Shown here: positions 52,301 through 58,327 of the stretch, piece by piece
Layout of the letters: each line of letters opens with the position of its first letter
How positions within the stretch are numbered: the stretch's first letter is position 1
Source: Glycera tridactyla
Lineage: Eukaryota
DNA length: 64,000 bases
Assembly (NCBI GenBank): GCA_965644265.1
Contig: OZ286459.1
Location: 74,400,001 to 74,464,000, forward strand
Direction: 5' to 3'
Program-made: the position numbers and the translations under genes
The notes under the pieces: model-generated
Told to the model about the DNA's origin: nothing
What the model saw: the letters and a program-made list of their open reading frames with translations, nothing else
Database searches by the model: none

Positions 52301-53661
52301 AGTGTGAATGGGAAAAAAGCCACCACTTCAAGACCCCCCCCCCCCCCCCCCCCCCCACCTGTTCTGCTATTATTTTTTTTCAAAAATGTAATCTAACTGC
52401 ATTTAAATTTTAATCCAGCTCACCGCTCCAGATAAAATGAGAGATATTGGTAATACACACAGATTGAAACCCTAGTGAAAACACGAATCACCTGTAACTC
52501 GCTATGCCTAACTGTGTGGAATTGATTCAGTCGGCAGTAATAAAACAAGATTTACAATGTTGGTTTACGATAAAATGGGCATGAAACACCACAATTCACA
52601 AAACAAACCAATCCATCGACCTCCACTCACAGCAATAGGGGTCCAATACTGCCGCATAGAAATGAGCATTTTATGCAGTCTTGCCATACTTATATCTATA
52701 AATGCATCTATTACGCTATTGATCTGACACTGAGGTGAGCCGTAATGTGGCATGATCGTGGTTCCGATCACCGACATAATGTATTTAGATCACATCATCT
52801 GATGTATCAACACTTCCGTAGATGGCGCACCACAAACGTCAGCTTTGCTTTCCTCTTCCATATCTCAGTGTCCCTGTATAGCTCCATCACTGGGCAATCA
52901 ACTCAGACTATGGAATCACGACGCTTGCCGAGACCAAATATTTTGTCGCTGTCAGGAGGAGCAGTTGTTATCTTTTTTTTGCTTTCATACTACATTTTAA
53001 TGTTGTATTCTTGATATCTCAAAATAACAAAATACATATTTTATGGGTCCACATTTCAGATATTTTGGAGTAGCCTAATAAACAAACAATTCAGCCATAC
53101 AGTTGGTGTATGTGTGCGTGTATGTGTGCATGTATGTGTGCATGCATGCATGCATGTGTGTGTGCATGTGCATCTGTGATTTCTCTTTCGGGGAACAGAA
53201 TCTTTCAAGGAAGGAATGCCTTCGATTGAGAAGAATGCCCATGCAGAATGCCATAAAAGGCACCAAGAGTAATGGTCTTGAATTATAGACCTTCAAACTT
53301 ATTTTTTGTCATATACACACAAAATTGACAGAGCAAACCATTGAGTAACCACCCTTGAGAGGGTAAAAAGTGGTTGGTTGAAACAGATAGTTGTTTGTTA
53401 CAGGTACAGAATATTGGAAATGTAGATGGAATATATAAGTGAAAGGGTCAAAATTCTTTGATGAAGCATTCATGTCTTACCTTGATCCCCAGGGTGTGCT
53501 TTTAACATTGAATCTCGGGTCAACGGTCTCATCAATTGGTGCCTCATTGCGATACCAGCGATACCGAGGTGTGGGGTTGCCTGTTATCTCGCACTTGATA
53601 TTTACTCTCTCTCCTTCATACCTCGTCACGTTTCTCATCTCAAGATCCAACTGAACATAAC
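1689..53661 (-). CDS. ROR: Ror receptor tyrosine kinase, partial multi-exon CDS (ectodomain: Ig - acidic linker - Frizzled CRD - kringle N-half); join of 53661-53481, 47900-47794, 31207-31042, 9555-9416, 4184-3975, 3237-3130, 1826-1689
   Basis: Seven exons with canonical AG/GT sites splice in frame (181+107+166+140+210+108+138=1050 nt). Ig-CRD-kringle order and motifs GNP.P..RW, GSRLRI.NL.T.DTG, LC..AFP.CD, LCR..CE.LE..LC..EY, CY..G..YRG match my recollection of vertebrate ROR1/ROR2. No database search was run. Confidence 0.93.
2710..2952. repeat. Minisatellite, about 85-89-bp unit, 3 copies (third has deletions)
   Basis: acca(a/t)atattat(g/a)aaacataga at 2710, 2799 and 2883. Confidence 0.9.
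3130..3237 (-). CDS. ROR: Ror exon, CRD C-part (GNQMVLPQCDKLPPKDSIEAGNCVSIQIPRTTHYNN)
   Basis: Acceptor ttctgtgttatag|GC, donor ACA|gtgagt; phase 1 to 1; LP.C..LP......NC..I.IP motif (Cys9, Cys10). Confidence 0.92.
3975..4184 (-). CDS. ROR: Ror exon, CRD core (LAITAIGSSSDLSQRCGEHAIPALCYNAFPLCDDSGPVPRPRQLCREDCEMLEHDLCKTEYILAQTHTRI)
   Basis: Acceptor atttgatgttacag|TG, donor TAG|gtaagt; phase 1 to 1; six CRD cysteines with Ror-type spacing. Confidence 0.95.
   Translation of the reverse strand, partial: WPSLLSAHQVICHRGVGSMPYLLSATMPSPSVMTRVQFQDLANCVGKTVRCWNMICVRRSTYWLKHIHV
4327..4768. mobile_element. Older MITE (CAGT-terminus family) interrupted by a younger copy
   Basis: TA|CAGTAAAACAAG ... 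CAGGTTTGATTG|TA; internal (A/G)GACCACC repeats continue on both sides of the nested insert. Confidence 0.7.
4436..4595. mobile_element. Young MITE, subfamily 1, nested
   Basis: TA|CCGTCGAACCTG ... CAGGTTTGACTG|TA; by hand alignment 10 mismatches plus one 18-nt indel against the reverse complement of 57525-57702. Confidence 0.85.
5347..5522. mobile_element. MITE, subfamily 3
   Basis: TA|CAGTAAAACCTG ... CAGGTTTCACTG|TA; internal caattatagtgagaaaaa shared with 18310 and 58169. Confidence 0.8.
6700..6807. mobile_element. Partial MITE (right half)
   Basis: ggcaggt...ggtggtctt...gagcaagttcaactg|TA. Confidence 0.45.
8039..8200. mobile_element. Partial MITE of the same TIR family
   Basis: tagtgaaacctg start with GACCA(C/T)CTCT repeats; no right TIR. 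Confidence 0.45.
9416..9555 (-). CDS. ROR: Ror exon, CRD N-part (LFDEPDDVGQPFCQTYRSSACNNLLSNKSIYVYSKRQQGIMEERMM)
   Basis: Acceptor ttctttcttcag|G, donor TGT|gtaagt; phase 2 to 1; FCQ.YR...C motif carrying CRD Cys1 and Cys2. Absent from the ORF track. Confidence 0.92.
10445..12390. repeat. Compound modular satellite (TG-rich, GCC-rich and two unique modules) spanning two assembly gaps
   Basis: Module ctgggctcacacctcagc...gtagcaat occurs at about 10620, 11385 and 11668; module agagaaat(t/g)gccgtccatgt(a/g)aattactatgtt at about 10563, 10940 (partial) and 12081. Confidence 0.85.
12896..15778 (+). CDS. LINE-A ORF2p, apurinic-type endonuclease + reverse transcriptase, 960 aa from the first ATG
   Basis: APE motifs HWNVRSL, ISETWL, LGDMN, TIDHF, SDH; RT motifs QSGFR, FLDLKKAFDTVDH, GVPQGSILGPLLF, YADDT, KYLG. 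No stops or frameshifts. Confidence 0.97.
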   Translation: MTDDTGTLATDCNRKGFSMLHWNVRSLYKNLEEVGKILEEAAPDILTISETWLNSSVGDNQLSFPNYTIIRLDRDPTLGKVTGGGVLIYIKECYEYTHLEELNLVDRNMEATCVKISLKETRPIVVMVAYRPPEGNVESCLSLITEAMDIICSIITPEIVILGDMNINWNMESPDRRKYKNWLQERNYNQLISNPTRITQTTETTIDHFITNNKDMYNYTKVRSNGASDHSIVMGLRKKGVARKEMKELWIRSYRGFSAEGFAGSAAQVDWSGVLDCVDSEAAWSVFKAKFLELMDSTVPMRKKVVDVNAVPWRSGQMFSYIDERDDLKRTYDSDKTDENWELYRRARNRTSILKQNLKRDYFKDALRKYSKDYRKLWATLRRLLPNSRQVQELSKIGDSTDPKEIAETINEYFTNIGHNLAEVFPPGVNSDLLSQIPIGAEKLHYQPVNAVFVIKELDRIGEAKATGIDDIPARLLKAAKEVISPYLAHIINLTLTTGHTPTEHKSAIVCPIFKAGKRDEVSNYRPISILTVTSKLIERAIHRQTSEYLSINGLLSPVQSGFRKGHSTGTCLLSLLEDILSNINDGCATGVVFLDLKKAFDTVDHGTLVYKLEKYGIDEDGIKWFKDYLTGRTQITRVRGSVSNPADINCGVPQGSILGPLLFVIFINDLPNSINTCKVKMYADDTALYCHSSDPDELELNLQLGILDAESWFHSNKLTVNAAKTKWMLFGTSNSLTKYRRTQMVMSGMILERVDRFKYLGIWLDERLDYTQHINTLIGSCIRKLNIIGRARKFIDQDTACMLYQSLVLPVLDYGDVAYDATTVNNSLRLQRVQNAACRIILQAEALRSTREMHQELGFDTLKERRYKHVCLTVFKGIHDLSPPPTNQFYTRTVNRAGPHTRRQIGSFLALPWSTNLMADKRLAVRGSRTYNGLPALVRNADRKSTFVRMLNRQDITMQ
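16093..16130 (+). repeat. (TTATGAAGCC)n, about 4 copies, 3' tail of LINE-A
   Basis: Directly follows AATAAA. Confidence 0.9.
17795..17839. repeat. 22-bp tandem duplication
   Basis: taag(t/c)cagttggcagagacaat twice. Confidence 0.8.
18310..18484. mobile_element. MITE, subfamily 3, abutting the LINE-B 5' end
   Basis: TA|CAGTAAAACCTG ... CAGGTTTTACTG|TA, perfect 12-bp TIR; internal direct repeat ggccagatttttcttttcactgtagacaggatttcact occurs twice. Confidence 0.85.
18820..20586 (+). CDS. LINE-B ORF1p, 588 aa: Ser/Thr-rich disordered N-terminus, coiled coil, L1-type RRM/CTD-like (Transposase_22-like) C-terminus
   Basis: First in-frame ATG in accATGg context (the ORF track starts at an upstream GTG). 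Heptad-rich middle. C-terminal LLFDGIDE...IESARRVG...RPRQILVEF...VFISEFLS...AWTFRG pattern is typical of L1-like ORF1s. Confidence 0.85.
   Translation: MESPAADNSSSFAITDDSIDPSTLQTDSVLNSQLSTPSKVISRPETVSKTHQTKRGQKDSPEESLLSKRPGYTDNEGHPSRIFEENCFINKSTPIPSQKSELEVSIGSIFPDTSPISFIPEYNILDEVSSLLDNVRSGHDRRLSNYQLESRIRQLDSELCESYIGSGGLHEEFDHLIRQEDANTNQESSSTGVRISSPGKAESQENPANGGLKGNLSVCSGSSSNSSSNYNNTLVKNNINMADEQTSNTMNTVMINPEQFTTLFKAAFASAMAEESNAKLIREIVSGEIGVVADKVTNLSEAVLNLESDNLNVRNDIEQLKSLPSKLLETDDSVMKIAQSVRNMGHEMKFDALNDRIAEVENFTKSVSAGIVSEEGLALKNQISRIEDSLAALNNKIDSEVEKFSKVSSSASPLMDVKFTELQDKVNQLETNNNHKFLLFDGIDEINAENTPEHLVNYLKGCITPEIKLGEIESARRVGTVKGNGRPRQILVEFVYTSISLRVFQSRFQLIKSKKHVFISEFLSRSVSQLFYKARLNRGKGKKLDRAWTFRGILYVAVAKNAKGTPIRNDDELLKLLNSLPASSSNSS
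20998..21039. promoter_or_regulatory. Inverted CCAAT-box pair flanking a CATGTG E-box, in the LINE-B spacer
   Basis: CTGATTGGCCGA (20998-21009) and TCGACCAATCAG (21028-21039) are 11/12 reverse complements; CATGTG at 21016-21021; locally CpG-rich. Confidence 0.55.
21673..21900 (+). other. 75-codon upstream ORF whose stop overlaps the LINE-B ORF2 start (ATGA)
   Basis: ATG at 21673, open to TGA at 21898-21900; ORF2 ATG at 21897-21899. Whether it is translated is unknown. Confidence 0.45.
21897..24794 (+). CDS. LINE-B ORF2p, APE endonuclease + reverse transcriptase, 965 aa
   Basis: APE motifs HVNICSI, ISETNL, LGDCN, GIDLV, TDH; RT motifs QFGFR, FLDLKKAFDTVDH, GVPQGSILGPLLF, YADDT, KYLG. Uninterrupted. 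Confidence 0.97.
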   Translation: MTDIEFKNLSTLSGLVIAHVNICSIRYKIDEIKRLLLLGKLDILGISETNLNTNIDDIELEIPGYCLVRQDRADFTVRLSGGGLIVYIREDIAFEYVSLLCNNDVDLEMIGIKVTLPNSRPILCMNCYRPPHGNLQSFLFKIGNILDTHNLHVNPEVLILGDCNVDVLNKQSHSCKLLDQFLASYLLNQYIDSPTRVTLNSATGIDLVIANREDMVSSIGNYTLGCTDHNLIFVQRKFVKHKKPARYIRARSFRKFDPEAFKRCLDLCDWSPILEESDANLAWIKFKEVFLRVCDECCPFRMIKVRGRPPPWVTNEFLSLCDARDAAKRNFQRSRNGVDHFLFRRLRNRVTSLGNDLKKNFIENSIEDCQGNIKRLWKIISLLLPKKSSSNIPSSLVINGKSDPLDIANEFNNAFCSVGANLASKIPRANRNTLPEILSVGSLLSFVRISSEEVRKALSGMKSGKSIGIDGIYPTFLKIAAKEICMPVTHIINMSLINGIVPDDWKTACVTPLFKEGKRDEIGNYRPISVLPVMGKLLERFAHDQIYGFLNGNNLFSPSQFGFREGFSTTACTVSILNDVYLGLDNRRVTGMVFLDLKKAFDTVDHSILLDKLRQYGVVGSVNGWFRNYLGKRRQCTKFRSSISNMENIECGVPQGSILGPLLFIAYINDLSQNVHNCKVAMYADDTVLYYTGSDAHHVELQLQEDLNNVEHWLRANRLTLNVKKTKSMLFHTSGYRGINTLDLEMNFEKIEPVFVFKYLGVHLDPTLNFNHHIDQTIKKTKKRLAALGRVRKFIDKKLCLMLFRSLVVPHFDFASIIYGETSASNLNKLQVLQNRGLRMVNQSDRFSSARELHLELKQLTLAERRNFHYAVFIYKIKHGLVKSDLLTGMFEHVSLMHAHNTRSARNEDFVVPRTHNNYGTKSLLVTGAKIWNNLDVDLRRSKNLNTFKNNYWNSRPALFMILDS
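25225..25296 (+). repeat. (TTGTCA)12, 3' tail of LINE-B
   Basis: Perfect repeat 4 nt after AATAAA. Confidence 0.95.
25830..26005. mobile_element. Highly degenerate MITE of the same family
   Basis: catcgaaagtggtc...ttatttacagt...caggcaggtggc...aggtggtc resembles the subfamily 1 interior; termini unclear. Confidence 0.35.
27801..27890. repeat. (CA)n microsatellite
   Basis: Pure AC run at about 27821-27882. Confidence 0.95.
31042..31207 (-). CDS. ROR: Ror exon, acidic Ig-CRD linker (GPNPNPSKDRDRMRDDEDDDFEYDLDIDIEGVGNMDYGGNDQYPGGVRRPIDALSG)
   Basis: Acceptor gtgcatttcag|GG, donor TGG|gtgagt; phase 1 to 2, exactly the phase change needed between the flanking Ig and CRD exons; open reading frame throughout. 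Confidence 0.75.
37664..37820. mobile_element. Diverged MITE, subfamily 1
   Basis: CAGTGAAACCT start; shares the catcaaaaag and gagaggtcatttactgt core with 57525-57702 in the same orientation. Confidence 0.7.
38480..38684. mobile_element. Degenerate MITE, subfamily 2-like, with internal tandem duplications
   Basis: Ends CAGGTTTGACTG|TA; ctatttga...tacctcttttgagagaccac is shared with 48125; cccctgatgagaccaactc and tcaatgagagacattctt are each duplicated. Confidence 0.55.
45330..45704 (+). pseudogene. Penelope-like element relic, GIY-YIG endonuclease domain
   Basis: The frame upstream of the 45438 ATG reads FNCQTSNVINLLYCPEHKMQYVGETKRAFATRYKEH...PVAVHFN...RGKNWIYQLRSFVPYGLN, the PLE NC.T.NV(I/V)Y.L.C..C..QY(I/V)GET...R..EH...W...L....P.GLN pattern. 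In-frame stop at 45327; no RT visible. Confidence 0.85.
46215..46366. repeat. (CT)n / poly-C microsatellite
   Basis: Direct inspection. Confidence 0.95.
47794..47900 (-). CDS. ROR: Ror exon, Ig domain C-part (LRIKNLQTYDTGVYACEGFNRYGRERTSGIFKVLQ)
   Basis: Acceptor ttgtttgcag|A, donor CAAG|gtgagt; phase 2 to 1; D-T-G-x-Y-x-C Ig motif. Not the frame shown in the ORF track. Confidence 0.93.
48125..48265. mobile_element. MITE, subfamily 2
   Basis: TA|CAGTGAAACCTG ... CAGGTTCTCTG|TA; its reverse complement shares tcaaatagaaaa(a/g)ctgccctg with 51565. Confidence 0.75.
49055..49207. mobile_element. Degenerate MITE, subfamily 2
   Basis: tgaaacctgcaacaagagaccacc ... ttgactatgtcaaacagaaagcagc ... gttgcagg; termini eroded. 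Confidence 0.6.
51565..51717. mobile_element. MITE, subfamily 2
   Basis: TA|CAGTGAAACCT ... CAGGTTCACTG|TA with GGTCTCTC repeats. Confidence 0.75.
53105..53172. repeat. (TG)n/(TGCA)n microsatellite
   Basis: Direct inspection. Confidence 0.9.
53481..53661 (-). CDS. ROR: Ror exon, Ig domain N-part (GYVQLDLEMRNVTRYEGERVNIKCEITGNPTPRYRWYRNEAPIDETVDPRFNVKSTPWGSR)
   Basis: Acceptor ttttatgttgcag|GT, donor AAG|gtaaga; phase 1 to 2; first Ig Cys and Trp motif; NVT sequon. Confidence 0.95.
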
Positions 53662-53769
53662 CTGCAACATAAAAGATGCAGTCTCCATCAGACTTATTTG
53701 ATAATGATGCCAACAAACCGCCATACAAAGGCAAACTTGGGTGAAAGTAGCAAGCATGGTTGCTACATA

Positions 53770-53864
53770 CAGTGAAAGCTGCGACAAGTGACCGCCCTAA
53801 ATATCACCAAAAAGTGATCTCTCGTCATAGGTATTTTTGACTATGTCAAATAGAAAAGCTGCTG
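53770..53864. mobile_element. Truncated MITE, subfamily 2
   Basis: TA|CAGTGAAAGCTG start and ttgactatgtcaaatagaaaagctg core; right end missing. Confidence 0.6.
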
Positions 53865-55340
53865 TAGCACATGAACATCTGCAAAAAGTCACTTGCATCT
53901 ATATATCAACTTGTCAACCATCATACATCACATGTTTGTAGCATTAGCCTTCCAACAAGTCCTCTCAAGTCAATCTGACTAAAATGTATCACCAGTACTT
54001 TCACGGCATGCTGGGGCTCAGTTTTTGTTGTGTTAGGGGGCCCAGTTTCTAATAGGAAGTGGGCTCTGGAGATCCTGATAGTGTAGCCAATATTTGTGTT
54101 CATAAATGCCAGCAAAGATGACAGCCTGTTTACACAATGAATGCAACATGGAAAAGATGCGCTCCATTTTCCAAACAGTTATCAGCGGCAGAGTGCGAGA
54201 TGCTGTGCAGCTGTCTGCAATTCAGTATGTTATTTTGTCTGCGCATCTGGTGTAGGTAAACATGGAAAACTCACCATATTGTGAGAGACAACTATGACCT
54301 TAAAAACTACTTCACACTGTTGATACTGCTTGTAGCAAGATGGTATTTTAATGGGCGATCCACCAGCCGTGATCCACCAGCCATGAGGAGTACATCCTCG
54401 TTGTTTACCTAGGCTGAGTAATGTGTTATTCAGGCCATTATTGACAATCATGCCTACAATATGTGTTCTCTTTTTTTCTTCTGTATGGAATGGACAGGTG
54501 GGCTCTTCCATCTATGGAGTCGTATTACTCATTTATCCACAAACTGAGGGGTTTTTCTCTGTAGGCCACATTAATGTTAGAACCACCATGAAGAACCACC
54601 TATACAGATACAGAGTGTGTGAANNNNNNNNNNNNNNNNNNNNNNNNNNNNNNNNNNNNNNNNNNNNNNNNNNNNNNNNNNNNNNNNNNNNNNNNNNNNN
54701 NNNNNNNNNNNNNNNNNNNNNNNNNNNNNNNNNNNNNNNNNNNNNNNNNNNNNNNNNNNNNNNNNNNNNNNNNNNNNNNNNNNNTGATTCTTTTGGAGGG
54801 CACTGACTATGGGGAAGTTCAAGATGACTGAGAAAGAAAGTGCAAGACTGGGGTAAAGGTCATGTGGATCAACAATACCCCCTGTAGTGTGATCAGCTGG
54901 AGAGGGTGTTCAGCAAGAGGAATGGACTGAGTACAGCTGGGATCTGCCATGCCAGCTGCTGCTGCTGCTGCTGGTGCTGAGGATGCCGCTGATGACACAT
55001 TAATAATCTGATGGCATGTGATGGATGTCTGAGAGATTGCAACACAGCACCATGTGGTATCAGCCAGCCCATATCCTTATCTCCTACCAGAAGATCAGAA
55101 CCGCAGTGTCATCACCTCACTCTGTACTCCTCCTCCTATGGTGTTATTCTATGGGAAACCAAGTTAATCTGATGTGGTAAAGGGAAAATTTGGCCAACCC
55201 AGATGGTTGATAAGAATCTGAGGATACGAATAGAAAGCTTCCATAAGTTAGCTCATTTTATCATGTAGATTATGGTTCAAAACCTGCTAACACACATATT
55301 TTATCTTTCTTTCAAGGATAACTGACTCTGTGCCCTTTGC

Positions 55341-55508
55341 CAACCTGTAATGAGGAGAGATCCTAAAATGTGGTTTCTCGAGAGAGGAGTTCTTCTCATT
55401 GCAGGTAACTAGAAAAGCTGTCACGAAAATCCGCCCTTCCAATGGGTCAAACATGGTCTCTTGTCTTGGTGGGGGAGGGGGAAGGGTCTCTCATCACAGG
55501 TTCCACAG
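55341..55508. mobile_element. Degenerate MITE, subfamily 2-like
   Basis: aacctgtaatgaggaga ... tagaaaagctg ... ggtctctcatcacaggttcc. Confidence 0.5.
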
Positions 55509-57524
55509 TGTTATAAATATGAGCCACATCAAAGATGCAAAGATGCATACATTTCTACAAGCCAGGATATCTGTACTTCTAATATACATCAAAATTCTAT
55601 AGAATAAACCTGCTTTGAACAGTCAACTTCCTGTGACAAATTTCATCCCGCATAATGTTTTTGAGGCGGGTGAATTGGTGAAAACTACCTACTACCACAG
55701 GCTATATCAATGAATGTCTTTCTCAGAGAATTATCACCAGTATCAAAAACCTCCTGACAGGTGTTGCTTTCTTCTCAGGTGAAAATCAGCACAGTCTTGA
55801 CCTATATGAGAGAATAACATGGCCTTACACGTCCCAGCTACACATGCCTACAAGATATTACCCCAGGCCATGATATGATAAGATAGCAACCCCTCCTCCT
55901 ACATCAATCAGGATAGATATTCACTTATCAAACGGACACACATCTCATCTTTCAGCTATGTGCCGAGATCTATATTCATATCTACAGATGCATGTTTCTG
56001 GACTCCCAGCAATGCTCTAATTGAACCAGTATCAGGCACCCCTGCTGTGTCCTGCCAGTTTACCCTATCCAACTCCATCAATCCCCTCGATGTATACACA
56101 ACCCTGCTACACACAAAATCTATGAGTATTTTAGGTGTATATATCAGAGATCTGTCACAAAATCACCCAATTTGCAGAATTCTATGCCACCGATTATATC
56201 TGAATTAAATTTCAATATCATCTAATGGATCAATTCAGCATAGTCCTGAAATTACACGAAGGACTCCACAAACATTGGTTCAGCAGCAAATATTGTAATA
56301 TTGATTCACTTGAATAATGCATACATTGAACAGTCAGTTTGTGGGAGAAGAATCATACTCACATCAAAATTTGCCATATTCCACAATGTGGATTTACATG
56401 TACTACGTGCAAAATGTCCAATGACAGAAATGGAACTTTGAGTGTCTTCGAATTTCATGAATTTTCACCTCCCATTTGGGAGCCAGGTGGAGTCTTGAAT
56501 GATCCCATCCATGCCTATTTTATGGGTGTCACAATATAGCACATTTGCCGCGGATGTGATGTAAACAAACATTTGAAGTTGATGACCAAATTAAATCATA
56601 TTTCTCTATTCTGAATGAACAGTCTTAAAATATGACCATGTAATGAATCAGTTTGCTATCAATAAAAACTGTAAACTAATTAATTCATGACTATGAAATG
56701 TAATAAAATAGATGGCATGAGTTGATGATGCAGAAAACTTGATAATAAGAAGGAAAATAGGAATGAGCCACATGTGTCAGGCTGCAATTTGACAGAAATC
56801 ATGACAGGTTATTGCAGTGATGTCATCAAAATACTTTCCGAGAAAATGTGCATGCTAGAGTGTGAAATGTAATTACTGATTGCAGATTGGTTGACAGCTT
56901 TGAGCCTTCTCCATCATGCCCATTATTAAAGTTTAAATTAAATCATTGAAACTGCAATTACATGAATCGATGATTATTGCAGATGATGCCTGATGATATA
57001 CCAAGAACCCTTAGTCTTCGAATGAATTATATCTCAGTTGAATGTATGTATGTGAATTGAAATAAAGCCCTTGAATCTGAGCCTGAGATCCTGCAATGTG
57101 ATTTTTCCTGGCCAGGAGCCGAGGGCTAATCATTCCCCTCTCAGTTTTTTTCGCTTTCAGGCAGACCAGTCACTACCGAAGTTGTACAGTGAAGTTGTAT
57201 TGAAATTCTCTGGAACCTGCAACATAGAGTGGTCTCTCAGATGTGGTATCTCATCAAGGGGGTCTCTTGACTGAAGCTGACAGGGGAATGATTGGTTCTT
57301 TCAAATTATCGATGAAAAATGATGGGGTCAACTAAAGGGGATTGTAGGCTTGCAACCAGAAGTTGCATGTCACTGACAGCAATCCTGCAAAGAATAGCAG
57401 CTTCAACTTCAGAATAATGCTGGCTTAAAGCAATTAAGACCAAGGGATGAATGTAATATGTTTACATATGTGGCCAGATGTAGCAACTCAATATGGTGAG
57501 TAATGCATGCTTCCAAAGCATATA

Positions 57525-57702
57525 CAGTCGAACCTGTCTATAAAAACTGCCTTCGGTCGCATCAAAAAGCGGTCTTTATGGGCAGGTGGTCTTTATAGAG
57601 AGGTCATTTACTGTTGAAAATACTATCACGGTCGCACCTCAGGGCGGTCTTTATAGGCAGGTGGTCTTTATAGAGAGGTGGTCTTTAGAGCAGGTTCGGC
57701 TG
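57525..57702. mobile_element. Young MITE, subfamily 1
   Basis: TA|CAGTCGAACCTG ... CAGGTTCGGCTG|TA with internal GGTCTTTATA repeats. Confidence 0.85.
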
Positions 57703-58168
57703 TACATAGGAGTGTACTATAGTGTTGAGAATTGGCAGTTTGACATTTGTTGACTATCTGAGGTCAATCAACCAACCAATTATCAAACTCTCTATACAGT
57801 CATATGTTCCACATGTGTCAATTTACTCTATCTTGTCACATGTGCTTTGCACCGAGATATTACTGAGGCCAGCAAGTAGCTGTGTGTTGTGTAAATTTGG
57901 GAACCTTGAGGTATATTGATTGCATTCATGTGATGTATATATTCCCAAATGAAAATTTACTCACTTTTAATTACTAGGGTTGAATGCTGTCATCGCACTG
58001 ACTGTCACTCCCAACAGTAATGAAATATATCACATCATTTTTTATCATATCATATCTGAGATTTTATCATTCTCTAGAAATCTACCATATTTCACAAGTT
58101 AAGCCCTTCGAACATGCCATATTTGTATCAAAGCAGGCTGTCAGTAACTGACCATATAATCTCAAGTA

Positions 58169-58327
58169 CAGTTGAACCTGTTCTAAGCAGCCACCCTTGG
58201 GGAGGGGAAAGGTGGCTGCTTAGGACAGGTGAATTATAGTGGAAAAACTGCCAGTGGGAAATTCAAAAGTGGTTGTTTAGGGTAGGTGGCTGCCTGGTAC
58301 AGTGGTTGCTTAGGACAGGTTTGACTA
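58169..58327. mobile_element. MITE, subfamily 3-like
   Basis: TA|CAGTTGAACCTGT ... ACAGGTTTGACTA|TA. Confidence 0.75.

Noticed and set aside
6140-58135. Multiple TCF/LEF-like ATCAAAG sites suggesting Wnt feedback on Ror
   Set aside because: About ten scattered plus-strand hits is near the rough expectation (about 7 per strand) for this base composition, with no clustering.
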